Source: a virus. Taken from it: a stretch of 47,234 nt of DNA. A program made the position numbers and the translations under genes. Where the stretch lies: IMG/VR virus record IMGVR_UViG_3300028795_000002. The stretch is one strand, 5' to 3'. This document shows, piece after piece, positions 33,966-41,592 of the stretch (the stretch's first letter is position 1; each line of letters opens with the position of its first letter). The notes below the pieces were generated by a model that was not told the origin of the DNA, did not search any database, and saw nothing but the letters and a program-made list of their open reading frames with translations.

Positions 33966-34427
33966 CTATTCAGTTTTAGTTTGAGTTAATTCCCAATTCT
34001 TTCTGGCAGCTATAGCAGCTTCCAAATCCCGGCCTGTATACAAGAGCTTGGAGCCGAATTTTTGGGGCGTCATAGCTATAATGTACCCATCTTTTCTTAT
34101 GCTTACACCTTTAACACCTGAAACACTATCGTTCCTTACTTTTTGAACTCTTTTATTGTCGTTCTGTTCTGCCATAGTTGCCCAATGGCAATTACTCTTT
34201 GCGTAACCTTTACTGTTATCAAGCCTTTCTAAAGTTAGACCTTCGGCCGGATCACCCATATCAGCTAAAAACTGGGGGAATAGATCCCAATCTGGGTGAA
34301 CTGAAATACCCCGGCCCCCGTAATAGGGATAGACAGGACACTTTGGATTGTTGCATCGCTGCCTCATATTTACCCAGCAATCATAGGCTTTTCTATGCAG
34401 CTCTCTCCACGGAGTTTTACCTCCCAT
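33966..34427 (-). CDS. Free-standing homing-endonuclease-like protein (variant HNH family) with AP2-like DNA-binding tail
   Basis: YYGGRGISVHPDW...LERLDNSKGYAKSNCHWATMAEQNDNKR, then SGVKGVSIRKDGYI. Low GC. Confidence 0.6.
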   Translation of the reverse strand: MGGKTPWRELHRKAYDCWVNMRQRCNNPKCPVYPYYGGRGISVHPDWDLFPQFLADMGDPAEGLTLERLDNSKGYAKSNCHWATMAEQNDNKRVQKVRNDSVSGVKGVSIRKDGYIIAMTPQKFGSKLLYTGRDLEAAIAARKNWELTQTKTE

Positions 34428-34428
34428 A

Positions 34429-35748
34429 TCAACCTCCCAAATACAGTTTTTTCTGTGCTCTAGAGCAACTCACGTATAAACACTGAAAAGCCTCCCTCCG
34501 ATTGCGATTATATAAGACATCGGAGTAGTCTACGAGAACATTTCTATATGTACTGCCCTGTGACCTATGAGCGGTAATTGCGTAAGCGAATCTGACATCC
34601 ATAAAAAGGTCTTTCAGATCCCAAAACCTTCTCCACAGCTTTGGATTTGCCTGCGCCTCATGCGCAAGCAGCTGGCAGTCGTTATCATGCTGCTGTTTGC
34701 TTATCGGATGGATTACCAGCAACCGGACGACTTGGTTATCCTCCCGCCGGACTTTCAGCTCCAACGCGTGATACTTCGGCTCCAGCGGATGCTTACACTC
34801 AATCACCCCTTCAACTATCGCCTCGTCGTCGGTATGCAGAAGCAACTCATCATTGCGCTCACAAGGACCAGCTGCCACCACGCGATCACCGACCAGAAAG
34901 AATCCTGGTTGTGCCTCGGCTCCGAAGATAGCTGTTCGCGCAATCTGGTTGTACTCGTCAACTTTGACGTTTCTCCAGCTAATAACCTTTGTAGTGCGAC
35001 CATCCGCGAATTCCCCCCGAGCAGCTGCAGCGAAGATCTGCTTTTTGAAGTCCATCTTGGAAAGCTTCCAGACCCCTTCCTGCCCGTCGTTGTCTGATTT
35101 GATGCTGACGCACGGAGACGGGCTGAAGATGACCTGACGAATATCAGAAACGAGGGAGAGAATTTGGTTGTCATGTCGCATTACTCGGGTGAGTTGCACG
35201 CCCAGATCACCACGTAGGGCTAGGGATTCGGATTCCTTTACAGGGGGTAGCTGCGCCGGGTCTCCCATAAAGACTACCTTCAGGTCGAACTTGTCAGCGA
35301 TGTCGCCCAAGAGTCCGAAGAGATGCTCGTTGACCATGGAGGCTTCATCGACCACAATCACATCAGTATCTGACAAGTCCACTGGCTTCCCATGGGCAAT
35401 TTGCTTAGTCTCCCCATTCTTGTCTACTCGTAATCCGAGCAGCGAATAGATCGTGCAGGCTTGGCCCACGACCTCGCGAAGGACTTTCGCTGCCTTGTTT
35501 GTTGGAGCAGTGTAAGAAATTCGCACATTAGACGCCCCAATTCGGCGGACGACCTCCCGCATGCAAGAGGTTTTCCCTGTGCCTGCATATCCACGGAAGC
35601 AGAAACACCAATTGGTGAGGAGGGGGCTGCTGATGAAGGTAAGGAGTTCTTCGATTGCTTTGAGCTGTTCCGAGATGAATTGGAACGGGGCTTCTTGCTG
35701 GTAGAGGGACGAGTCCGCCCCTGCTTGGAGGATTTCTTCATGATTCAT
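34429..35748 (-). CDS. SF1 helicase, Dda/RecD-like (439 aa)
   Basis: Walker A GYAGTGKTS. Walker B VIVVDEASMV. C-terminal motif AYAITAHRSQGSTY. Confidence 0.8.
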   Translation of the reverse strand: MNHEEILQAGADSSLYQQEAPFQFISEQLKAIEELLTFISSPLLTNWCFCFRGYAGTGKTSCMREVVRRIGASNVRISYTAPTNKAAKVLREVVGQACTIYSLLGLRVDKNGETKQIAHGKPVDLSDTDVIVVDEASMVNEHLFGLLGDIADKFDLKVVFMGDPAQLPPVKESESLALRGDLGVQLTRVMRHDNQILSLVSDIRQVIFSPSPCVSIKSDNDGQEGVWKLSKMDFKKQIFAAAARGEFADGRTTKVISWRNVKVDEYNQIARTAIFGAEAQPGFFLVGDRVVAAGPCERNDELLLHTDDEAIVEGVIECKHPLEPKYHALELKVRREDNQVVRLLVIHPISKQQHDNDCQLLAHEAQANPKLWRRFWDLKDLFMDVRFAYAITAHRSQGSTYRNVLVDYSDVLYNRNRREAFQCLYVSCSRAQKKLYLGG

Positions 35749-35798
35749 GAAAAGTGAGCCTTAAAAGTTAACTGTCACCGCTTGCGGTGGTGGAAGGA

Positions 35799-35960
35799 TT
35801 ACAAAAATTTAGTAAGATGCTTCAACCAATCCTTGACTTCGGGGTCCCTCTCTGCTCGCACAGTCTGCATTGCAAATTCTGCCATCCAGAGAAGTAAGTT
35901 TCTGTCCAGCTCAGTTTCGAGAGTTAGCGTGATTGGAGAAAATTCTCTCTCTATTTTCAT
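35799..35960 (-). CDS. Hypothetical protein (53 aa from ATG 35960)
   Basis: GGAGGA RBS and ATGA overlap with the upstream gene. Its 3' end overlaps a degenerate palindromic element. Confidence 0.45.
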   Translation of the reverse strand: MKIEREFSPITLTLETELDRNLLLWMAEFAMQTVRAERDPEVKDWLKHLTKFL

Positions 35961-36415
35961 TTCGATTCCTCCAGTACCGGTGCGTAATAAACACTCAACC
36001 CCAACATATCTGCAATTTTCTTTTCCCACTTAGCTCCTTTTGAGTTCTGCCAATCCGGGAGCAGAAAAATTGCATCACATTCGGGGAGAGCGCGGACGCA
36101 GAAATGCATGTAGTACTGGTGCATAGCATCTCCCCGCAAGGGGTCAATCGGTCCTTCAATGTGGATCGGGTTGAAGATGGAACAGCCAGCGGATAGGAGC
36201 ATCTGCTGTGCAAAGAGAAATTGCGGGCGATTGTTGTCTTCAATATCGGTCACAGGCCCAGAGATGTAAACCACAGTGTTCGGTTGGGGCTTGTGTTCTG
36301 TGACTGACCACATGGAGCAGTTTCGGAAATCCATTGCTCCATGCGGGGTTTTGCCGAGGTCGGAAGGCTTGAGCCAGCAGGAAACTGCAGCATCACGTCG
36401 TTCGAGGGGGATCAT
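35957..36415 (-). CDS. DUF4406 / nucleoside 2-deoxyribosyltransferase-like protein (152 aa)
   Basis: VYISGPVT...FNP...DAIFLLPDWQNSKGAKWE resembles the remembered DUF4406 pattern. Confidence 0.5.
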   Translation of the reverse strand: MIPLERRDAAVSCWLKPSDLGKTPHGAMDFRNCSMWSVTEHKPQPNTVVYISGPVTDIEDNNRPQFLFAQQMLLSAGCSIFNPIHIEGPIDPLRGDAMHQYYMHFCVRALPECDAIFLLPDWQNSKGAKWEKKIADMLGLSVYYAPVLEESK

Positions 36416-36648
36416 TTTTTCTCCTGCCGGTCAATGGATTCTATAACTGCGACAGTGAGAGCGGCAAGTTTGAGTAATCTAGCCCTACCTTCCCAAATAG
36501 TGGAGGCTCTCACATAACCAAACAGCTGATGTTCCAAATAATGAAGCCAGTCTCGCTCATCGTGCCTATCGTCATGGGCAGGGCCTCCCCATTTAAGATC
36601 CTGCCTCTCTCTTTCTTTTTCGATCTGATTTAAGATTTCAGTTCTCAT
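36412..36648 (-). CDS. Hypothetical protein with ERERQDLKWG motif (78 aa)
   Basis: Helical. The motif recalls small phage proteins often annotated as NTP-pyrophosphohydrolase-like, but no catalytic EExxE motif is seen. Confidence 0.4.
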   Translation of the reverse strand: MRTEILNQIEKERERQDLKWGGPAHDDRHDERDWLHYLEHQLFGYVRASTIWEGRARLLKLAALTVAVIESIDRQEKK

Positions 36649-36857
36649 TTCACCACCTCCAAGTTCTCTTCAGTTAAAAGTTCATATTCAATCACATCAG
36701 CATGTTTCACCTTCGCCCCCAAGAGATTAAAAACAACAACATTGGGGCGAATTGATTTCTTTGCCTGGCCGCGCTTAACCATTGCCTCTAGCCGGTTACG
36801 GGCGACTGTTCGAGAGTCTTTGATTATAGAGGCATATTCGGCTGTGGTGACTTTCAT
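36645..36857 (-). CDS. Small putative winged-helix DNA-binding protein (70 aa from ATG 36857)
   Basis: ATGA overlaps at both ends. TTAEYASIIKDSRTVARNRLEAMVKRG looks HTH-like. Confidence 0.4.
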   Translation of the reverse strand: MKVTTAEYASIIKDSRTVARNRLEAMVKRGQAKKSIRPNVVVFNLLGAKVKHADVIEYELLTEENLEVVK

Positions 36858-37288
36858 GACTTCTTCTCCGCTTGCACCACCTTTCCGGCGGTGAGGGCGG
36901 CGCGGGCTTGATCCGCCCAAATTTCGACGGTGCGGCCTTTGTCGATGAAGTCGTGCCCCTCGGCCATCAGTTCGCTGATCTTGCGTAAGCGCTGCTCGGC
37001 GACATACAGAGCCGCCTCAAAAGCTTCCCGCTCCCCTATCGCCCCCTTTGCGGCGTCCTCGCCGCGCATCGCTTCGACGAACAAGTTGCGAGCTTCCCCG
37101 ATCAGCTTCACGACGCGATCTCGCATCCAGTAAGCGTCATGGTCATATGACGGGTCGCCGTGATAGCGGCACGAAATTGCGGTGACTTCTGTTTCGAGCC
37201 AGCCAAATACGTCATCAGTCACCGCCTCGTCTGCTTGCTCGGCGTCGCCGCACGATTTCGCGGGAGCGGCAGTCTTTTCGTCCGTCAT
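36854..37288 (-). CDS. Hypothetical acidic protein (144 aa)
   Basis: Translationally coupled within the operon. No motif. Confidence 0.5.
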   Translation of the reverse strand: MTDEKTAAPAKSCGDAEQADEAVTDDVFGWLETEVTAISCRYHGDPSYDHDAYWMRDRVVKLIGEARNLFVEAMRGEDAAKGAIGEREAFEAALYVAEQRLRKISELMAEGHDFIDKGRTVEIWADQARAALTAGKVVQAEKKS

Positions 37289-37503
37289 TTCACCATCTCC
37301 AGCGATTCTTCAATCTCCGAAAAAGTCCCATCCAGCTTTTGGAAGTATTCTCGAACCAATTGCTCAAAGAAAGCTGATTTCACCCCATGAGGGATTCGGT
37401 TCTCCACCTCGGAGGTTAGGTAGGAGTCGATACGCGCTACGAGGTGGTCCGGCAGGACAATGCCGACACGTTGCGGAGCGGAGGTTTTACGGGGGCGTCC
37501 CAT
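37285..37503 (-). CDS. Ribbon-helix-helix (CopG/Arc-like) DNA-binding protein (72 aa)
   Basis: N-terminus MGRPRKTSAPQRVGIVLPDHLVARIDSY has a basic arm, a beta-strand and a helix, typical of RHH regulators. Confidence 0.6.
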   Translation of the reverse strand: MGRPRKTSAPQRVGIVLPDHLVARIDSYLTSEVENRIPHGVKSAFFEQLVREYFQKLDGTFSEIEESLEMVK

Positions 37504-37508
37504 GCGGG

Positions 37509-37982
37509 CTACTCCTTAAGAGAAATAGGGATACCAGACCAGCCCTGCGATTCGTAGCAAGCCGGGCACATAGAAACATACTGCGGGCGGATTTCCACCT
37601 CCCTAGAAAGTCGGGAGAGTTCGAAAGAGTCCTTAGGGGTGAGGTAGCTGATCGCCCGCAAGCGAAGGTGTTCTTTCTTGATGAAGACACCTTCCACGCG
37701 TTGGTGCTCTGAATGGCAGGTGGAACACACTTGGGAATGGATTAAGAGTACTGCGGAGATGTTGGACCAGCCTTCCGCACGGTCCTTGATCTTCTGGACG
37801 TCCTTATAGTGGGCTTCTACTTCCGGCCCGGTCATCCAGCTGGCCGTTTTGGGGAGGACTGCCCCCTTGCGGGAGGCTTTGATGCCTTGTTTTTGTTCGC
37901 GCTGCTTCTTTTGCAGGTCTACGGATTCCCCGAGAAGGGAATCGAGGTCTGCGAATTCGTCTATAGCCGAATCGATTGTCAT
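37509..37982 (-). CDS. Hypothetical Zn-binding protein (157 aa) with N-terminal DLDSLLGE motif
   Basis: CSTCH...CPACY. GGAGGCTCA leader box. It is the first gene after a terminator, palindromic element and promoter. Confidence 0.5.
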   Translation of the reverse strand: MTIDSAIDEFADLDSLLGESVDLQKKQREQKQGIKASRKGAVLPKTASWMTGPEVEAHYKDVQKIKDRAEGWSNISAVLLIHSQVCSTCHSEHQRVEGVFIKKEHLRLRAISYLTPKDSFELSRLSREVEIRPQYVSMCPACYESQGWSGIPISLKE

Positions 37983-38006
37983 GAGTGAGCCTCCGAATGA
38001 GTTTTT

Positions 38007-38035
38007 ATTATGAGTTTTGTATGTGGAAATTGCAA
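38007..38035 (-). promoter_or_regulatory. Sigma70-like promoter
   Basis: Minus strand: TTGCAA - 17 nt - CATAAT. It lies 16 nt downstream of palindromic element copy 12 and about 25 nt upstream of ATG 37982. Confidence 0.55.
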
Positions 38036-38051
38036 TCCAGTTTTCTAGAGA

Positions 38052-38093
38052 GTTTCCCGCAGAAAGTACTAATTAGTAATAGCGGTGGGAAAT
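38052..38093. repeat. Palindromic intergenic element, copy 12
   Basis: GTTTCCCGCAGAAAGTACTAATTAGTAATAGCGGTGGGAAAT. It lies between a terminator and a promoter. Confidence 0.85.
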
Positions 38094-38096
38094 AGG

Positions 38097-38130
38097 AAAA
38101 GCCCCTGACGCGGGGGCGAAAGGGGCTTTT
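38097..38130. terminator. Intrinsic terminator (bidirectional shape) after gene 38321..38932
   Basis: aaaaGCCCCTgacgcgggggcgaaAGGGGCtttt. Confidence 0.7.
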
Positions 38131-38320
38131 GGAGCAGTAAGGCGGATGGAAAGGAGGCTCAATTCTTTCCCTATTACTGCAAATTAGGGGGCCGAGGTAC
38201 GTGTCCAAGGGTTTCGTCGGCCCGTCCCAGGTCGCGAAGTCTGGGTCGCACTACATTCGGGAGTTACCACCTAGCCGTCCTTTTATCAGCTACGGCCCGC
38301 TGCCTCCGCTTTCGCGGATC

Positions 38321-38932
38321 TTACTCGTCACCACCACCCAGTTCTTCCAGCAACGCATCCGTGTCCACCGCCTCACCCTTCGGCTTTTGCTTCTTCGCGG
38401 CTTCCAGCTTCTCAATGATCGGCTTGATCGTCGGATTAGCGCGCAGGGCCAGCTTCTCCGAATTGGTCTTGCTCTTCAGGTAGCTCTTAACCTGTTCTGC
38501 GGTCTTGCCGGAGACTTCAACCAGAGCTTTCGCGAGAACCGAAAGACCAGCCATTGCCGAGCTTTCGCTCTTCGTGCGCTCCGCACCCCACTCACCAGCT
38601 TCCAGTCGCGCGATGAGTTCTTCTTCGGCGATCACCATGTCTTCCACATCTTCCAGACCTGCGACTTCATCACCGAGCTTTTGCAGCATGCCATGAGCGG
38701 CAAACTTCGCGAAGAGGGGCTTGTTCGCTGCGAGCTTCAGGCTGCGCGTTTCGCCATTTACGAAATCCAGGCGGATCGTCACGTCGAAGCCATCTTCCGA
38801 AATATCTGCGGTCTTGAGCAGTCGGCGCTTGCCTGCAAACTCCACCTCACGACCATCCGTCATGACGATGGTTTTCACTTCGCGCTTTGCCTTCGTGGTT
38901 GCTGTCGTGCCCACTTCAACATGTTCCGTCAT
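38321..38932 (-). CDS. Early protein of unknown function, paralog A (203 aa), acidic C-terminal DALLEELG tail
   Basis: Paralogous to 40507..41172. Compare HGMLQKLGD with HGLKQKLVD, and VKSYLKSKTNSEKLALRANP with VRDYLSAKTKEQRAALRKNP. It has its own consensus promoter and terminator. Confidence 0.6.
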   Translation of the reverse strand: MTEHVEVGTTATTKAKREVKTIVMTDGREVEFAGKRRLLKTADISEDGFDVTIRLDFVNGETRSLKLAANKPLFAKFAAHGMLQKLGDEVAGLEDVEDMVIAEEELIARLEAGEWGAERTKSESSAMAGLSVLAKALVEVSGKTAEQVKSYLKSKTNSEKLALRANPTIKPIIEKLEAAKKQKPKGEAVDTDALLEELGGGDE

Positions 38933-39004
38933 TGTTACTTACTCCAGGTTGGTTGTTCCGGGAGTCGGCCCGGTTGCCGGTTGTTCGTTGATTCGATGGG
39001 GTCA

Positions 39005-39033
39005 ACTATAGAGCAGAGCAATTCGGATGTCAA
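39005..39033 (-). promoter_or_regulatory. Near-consensus sigma70 promoter for 38321..38932
   Basis: Minus strand: TTGACA - 17 nt - TATAGT, about 70 nt upstream of ATG 38932. Confidence 0.7.
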
Positions 39034-39043
39034 CCGCCTGCCG

Positions 39044-39430
39044 TTAGTCCTTCGTTTTGCGGATTTGCCGTAGCAATTCGAGATTGCTATCTAGGGTTGA
39101 GGGATGGTTGATTGGCGTTTGTCGGTCGATTCCTAGGGCATCTCGGAGGGCCGCAGCGTCCTTATCGTCACCGCGACGGTAGAAATGGAGCGTGCAACCG
39201 GCTACGCGCATAGAGAGGTGTTCGCACATAGGCACGAGGTCCGGGCGGTCCCCACACGAACGCAGAGCTTTAAAATATTTGAGAATTCGAAAGCGAAGGG
39301 AGTGGGCAATCTTCTGTTCGGCAAAGTCAATCGAGAATTCGGCCCTACCTTCATGCATAGCTTTGTCTACGCGACGTAGAACTTCCTCGAATTCTGGGCC
39401 GAAATCCTTCAATTGTGTTGAGCGTGGCAT
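39044..39430 (-). CDS. Hypothetical protein (128 aa)
   Basis: GGGAG RBS. Preceded by three iteron-like repeats. Confidence 0.5.
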   Translation of the reverse strand: MPRSTQLKDFGPEFEEVLRRVDKAMHEGRAEFSIDFAEQKIAHSLRFRILKYFKALRSCGDRPDLVPMCEHLSMRVAGCTLHFYRRGDDKDAAALRDALGIDRQTPINHPSTLDSNLELLRQIRKTKD

Positions 39431-39452
39431 ACCTGAAAACTCCCGAAAATGG

Positions 39453-39505
39453 CGGATGGTCCCGAGAACATGATCGATGGTCCCGGCATTTCCTCGGATG
39501 GTAGC
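39453..39505. repeat. Three direct repeats CG(G)ATGGT(CCCG) spaced 20-22 bp apart
   Basis: CGGATGGTCCCG at 39453, CGATGGTCCCG at 39475, CGGATGGTAGC at 39495. They lie between a hairpin terminator and the start of gene 39044..39430. Confidence 0.6.
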
Positions 39506-39540
39506 AGGTTTACCCTAGTTAATGAAACCAGCAAGTAAAT

Positions 39541-39560
39541 CGGCCCCTAGAGCGGGGCCG
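39541..39560 (-). terminator. GC-rich hairpin terminator candidate after 39592..39861
   Basis: CGGCCCCtagagcGGGGCCG; on the minus strand it is followed by ATTTACTT. Confidence 0.5.
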
Positions 39561-39591
39561 TGAGTTGGTTGATAGCGAGATATCGGAATAG

Positions 39592-39861
39592 CTAACGCGG
39601 CGCAGGTCCGGCCGATTTGATGTATTCCAATACCACCGACATGCCTTCAGCAAACCCCATCCGCCATAGGAATTTCTCCTGATCGGACATGCTGTTAGGG
39701 GTGGATGCGAGAGCGAGCTGGTAGCGATTCTCACACACCTCTCGTAGGGATTTGTGCCGGGTTTCGTGATCGGCTACGGTTTTGCAGAGTTGTTCCGTGA
39801 TTGCCGGGGAGACCGGACGTTGCCATTGTTCCATCGTTGCTATGTGTCGTTCTTCTGCCAT
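39592..39861 (-). CDS. Hypothetical protein (89 aa from ATG 39861)
   Basis: The GGAGGCTCA leader box abuts palindromic element copy 13 with a 1-nt gap. Confidence 0.5.
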   Translation of the reverse strand: MAEERHIATMEQWQRPVSPAITEQLCKTVADHETRHKSLREVCENRYQLALASTPNSMSDQEKFLWRMGFAEGMSVVLEYIKSAGPAPR

Positions 39862-39872
39862 CTGAGCCTCCA

Positions 39873-39914
39873 ATTTCCCACCGAAATTACAAATTAGTAA
39901 TCCCGGTGGGATAT
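39873..39914. repeat. Palindromic intergenic element, copy 13
   Basis: ATTTCCCACCGAAATTACAAATTAGTAATCCCGGTGGGATAT. It lies 1 nt from the RBS of 39592..39861. Confidence 0.85.
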
Positions 39915-39921
39915 TCCTAAA

Positions 39922-40128
39922 TTAAGAGTGAGCCGCGACTACAAACTCACCCCATTCCGTTGCTGTCAAATCCACCATACGATGCATCACCGATACGCGG
40001 TAGGTCGGTTCGGGGAAGAGGGACGCGAGCAACATCGCTAACGGCTCTACGCTATCCCTACCCGTCACCCAATTGGTCTCAAACAACCGATGACCGCTCG
40101 TTTCCACAATCACTTGATATTGGTGCAT
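39922..40128 (-). CDS. Hypothetical protein (68 aa)
   Basis: GGAGGCTCA leader box. The 14-bp palindrome GTTTCACGTGAAAC lies just upstream. Confidence 0.5.
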   Translation of the reverse strand: MHQYQVIVETSGHRLFETNWVTGRDSVEPLAMLLASLFPEPTYRVSVMHRMVDLTATEWGEFVVAAHS

Positions 40129-40143
40129 GTGAGCCTCCAGTTT

Positions 40144-40157
40144 GTTTCACGTGAAAC
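40144..40157. promoter_or_regulatory. Perfect 14-bp palindrome GTTTCACGTGAAAC (operator-like)
   Basis: Read directly. It lies 5 nt upstream of the RBS of 39922..40128. Its arms equal the outer arms (GTTTC/GAAAC) of the 40-bp element. Confidence 0.4.
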
Positions 40158-40269
40158 TATCGGCCCCCCGATTTCCCCTTAGAAATACCCGTGTTGTAAT
40201 AGCCAGAAAAGGCCAGAGAAAAACATTATTATGGCAACGATGAAACGGATTAGGAACATAGGCAATCTC

Positions 40270-40413
40270 CTAGTAGGGCCGCACGTCGATCAGCCCCCGC
40301 AGCCACATCCATGCCGCATAGCTAACAGGTTGCGTGCATTCCCTAGCACAATGTTTTTTGTAGGTGATGTAGCGAATGAACACCACAACCCCCTCACTCA
40401 CATTCGAATTCAT
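40270..40413 (-). CDS. Possible small protein (47 aa, MNSNVSEGVVVFIRYITYKK...)
   Basis: GGAG 6 nt upstream of ATG 40413. In frame with the track ORF 40270..40473. Confidence 0.35.
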   Translation of the reverse strand: MNSNVSEGVVVFIRYITYKKHCARECTQPVSYAAWMWLRGLIDVRPY

Positions 40414-40506
40414 TTTCGACTCCATCCCCGCCGGGGGCAGGTTTATTTTAATCCCACGCGGATAGCTCCGCAATGCAGAACTATGGGCGTGGGATCGGTG
40501 CTTGGG

Positions 40507-41172
40507 CTATTCGGAGATGGAAACGAGCTTCTTCTTGCTCGTGCGTGCGTTGAGTTTCGCGGCAACCGGAGTGGGTTGCTCTGCGATGTCCGCTTCAATC
40601 CCCGAACCATCCCCCGCGTTTTCATCCGGCTGCGGCTCCATGCCCAACTCATTGAGCAGATCGTCCGTGTTGACGCCATTCACGACCGTAGCGGCCTGCA
40701 GTTCCGCCATAATTTGCACCACACGAGGGTTTTTGCGAAGCGCGGCGCGCTGCTCTTTGGTCTTTGCCGAGAGGTAATCACGAACATACAACTCGTCACG
40801 TCCAGTCATTTTCATGAGAGCGCGGAGCAGGATGTTGTTCACGCCCGCTGTGGATGTGGTGCCCTCACCGCTCGCCCGGTTCTCATTCCACTTGCCGTCC
40901 GGCGAGGCGAGCCGATCAGCGATTTTCTTCACCGCGAGGTACTTGTCATCCACGCTGGCCGATGCGCCGGTGTCGAGGTTCCGAGAGATCGCTGCAGCAT
41001 CTACGAGTTTTTGCTTCAGCCCGTGGAGAATTGCCATGTTGCGGATGTCGTCATTGAGTACGTTGGCATCTACGACAATCTCTTTCCCGTTTGAGAAGTT
41101 GAGTGTAAGCGTCATTTTCGGGAGGTAGACGTCAGCGGAGATTGTGGACTTCTTGCTGGATACGATTGCCAT
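40507..41172 (-). CDS. Early protein of unknown function, paralog B (221 aa)
   Basis: Paralog of 38321..38932. Contains an internal NTDDLLNELG motif followed by an acidic/basic tail. AGAGGCTCA leader box. Confidence 0.6.
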   Translation of the reverse strand: MAIVSSKKSTISADVYLPKMTLTLNFSNGKEIVVDANVLNDDIRNMAILHGLKQKLVDAAAISRNLDTGASASVDDKYLAVKKIADRLASPDGKWNENRASGEGTTSTAGVNNILLRALMKMTGRDELYVRDYLSAKTKEQRAALRKNPRVVQIMAELQAATVVNGVNTDDLLNELGMEPQPDENAGDGSGIEADIAEQPTPVAAKLNARTSKKKLVSISE

Positions 41173-41269
41173 GATTGAGCCTCTTTTAAGCAGATGAGGG
41201 ATTCGGTCCCACTACCGTTTTGCGAGGTACATTATCCCGTCGCATGGAGATACATTAGAGCAAAAGACT

Positions 41270-41288
41270 GAGAGTTGCAAGCACTCTC
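41270..41288 (-). terminator. Hairpin terminator candidate after the small-ORF cluster
   Basis: GAGAGTtgcaagcACTCTC; on the minus strand it is followed by AGTCTTTTGCTC. Confidence 0.45.
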
Positions 41289-41293
41289 TACAA

Positions 41294-41437
41294 CTATTTG
41301 CACATCATGATGACTACGGTCACGACCAGCCCGATGCACAACACGTAGCATGCTCCGAGTGCGAGAAATTCTTTCCATAGCGGGATGTCGTGCCGATTCG
41401 CGCGCCGCCATCCGATTGAGTGGGAGTGGTGTTTCAT
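41294..41437 (-). CDS. Possible small membrane protein (47 aa, MKHHSHSIGWRRANRHDIPLWKEFLALGACYVLCIGLVVTVVIMMCK)
   Basis: Translated by hand. ATGA overlap with the upstream ORF. C-terminal transmembrane segment. Confidence 0.4.
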   Translation of the reverse strand: MKHHSHSIGWRRANRHDIPLWKEFLALGACYVLCIGLVVTVVIMMCK

Positions 41438-41592
41438 ACCAGATACCACACAAATTTCAAACACGCTATGACACCGACAAGCATTGCCATGACCATGACG
41501 AATGTATAGATGCCGTGGAGAGTTTCGAGGGTGTCATCACGACACAATTTCCACTCCCCTTTCCAGTACTCCCAATTCGATTGCTCGTCCAT
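41434..41592 (-). CDS. Small membrane protein (52 aa from ATG 41592)
   Basis: AGGAGG 4 nt upstream of the ATG. C-terminal TM segment IYTFVMVMAMLVGVIACLKFVWYLV. Confidence 0.5.
   Translation of the reverse strand: MDEQSNWEYWKGEWKLCRDDTLETLHGIYTFVMVMAMLVGVIACLKFVWYLV

Noticed and set aside
38201-39073. 290-aa plus-strand ORF
   Set aside because: It is antisense to the well-supported gene 38321..38932, which has an RBS, promoter, terminator and a paralog, and it overlaps that gene's promoter. It has Arg/Leu-rich shadow-ORF composition and no RBS.
40231-41094. 287-aa plus-strand ORF
   Set aside because: It is antisense to paralog B (40507..41172). It has typical shadow-frame composition and no RBS.
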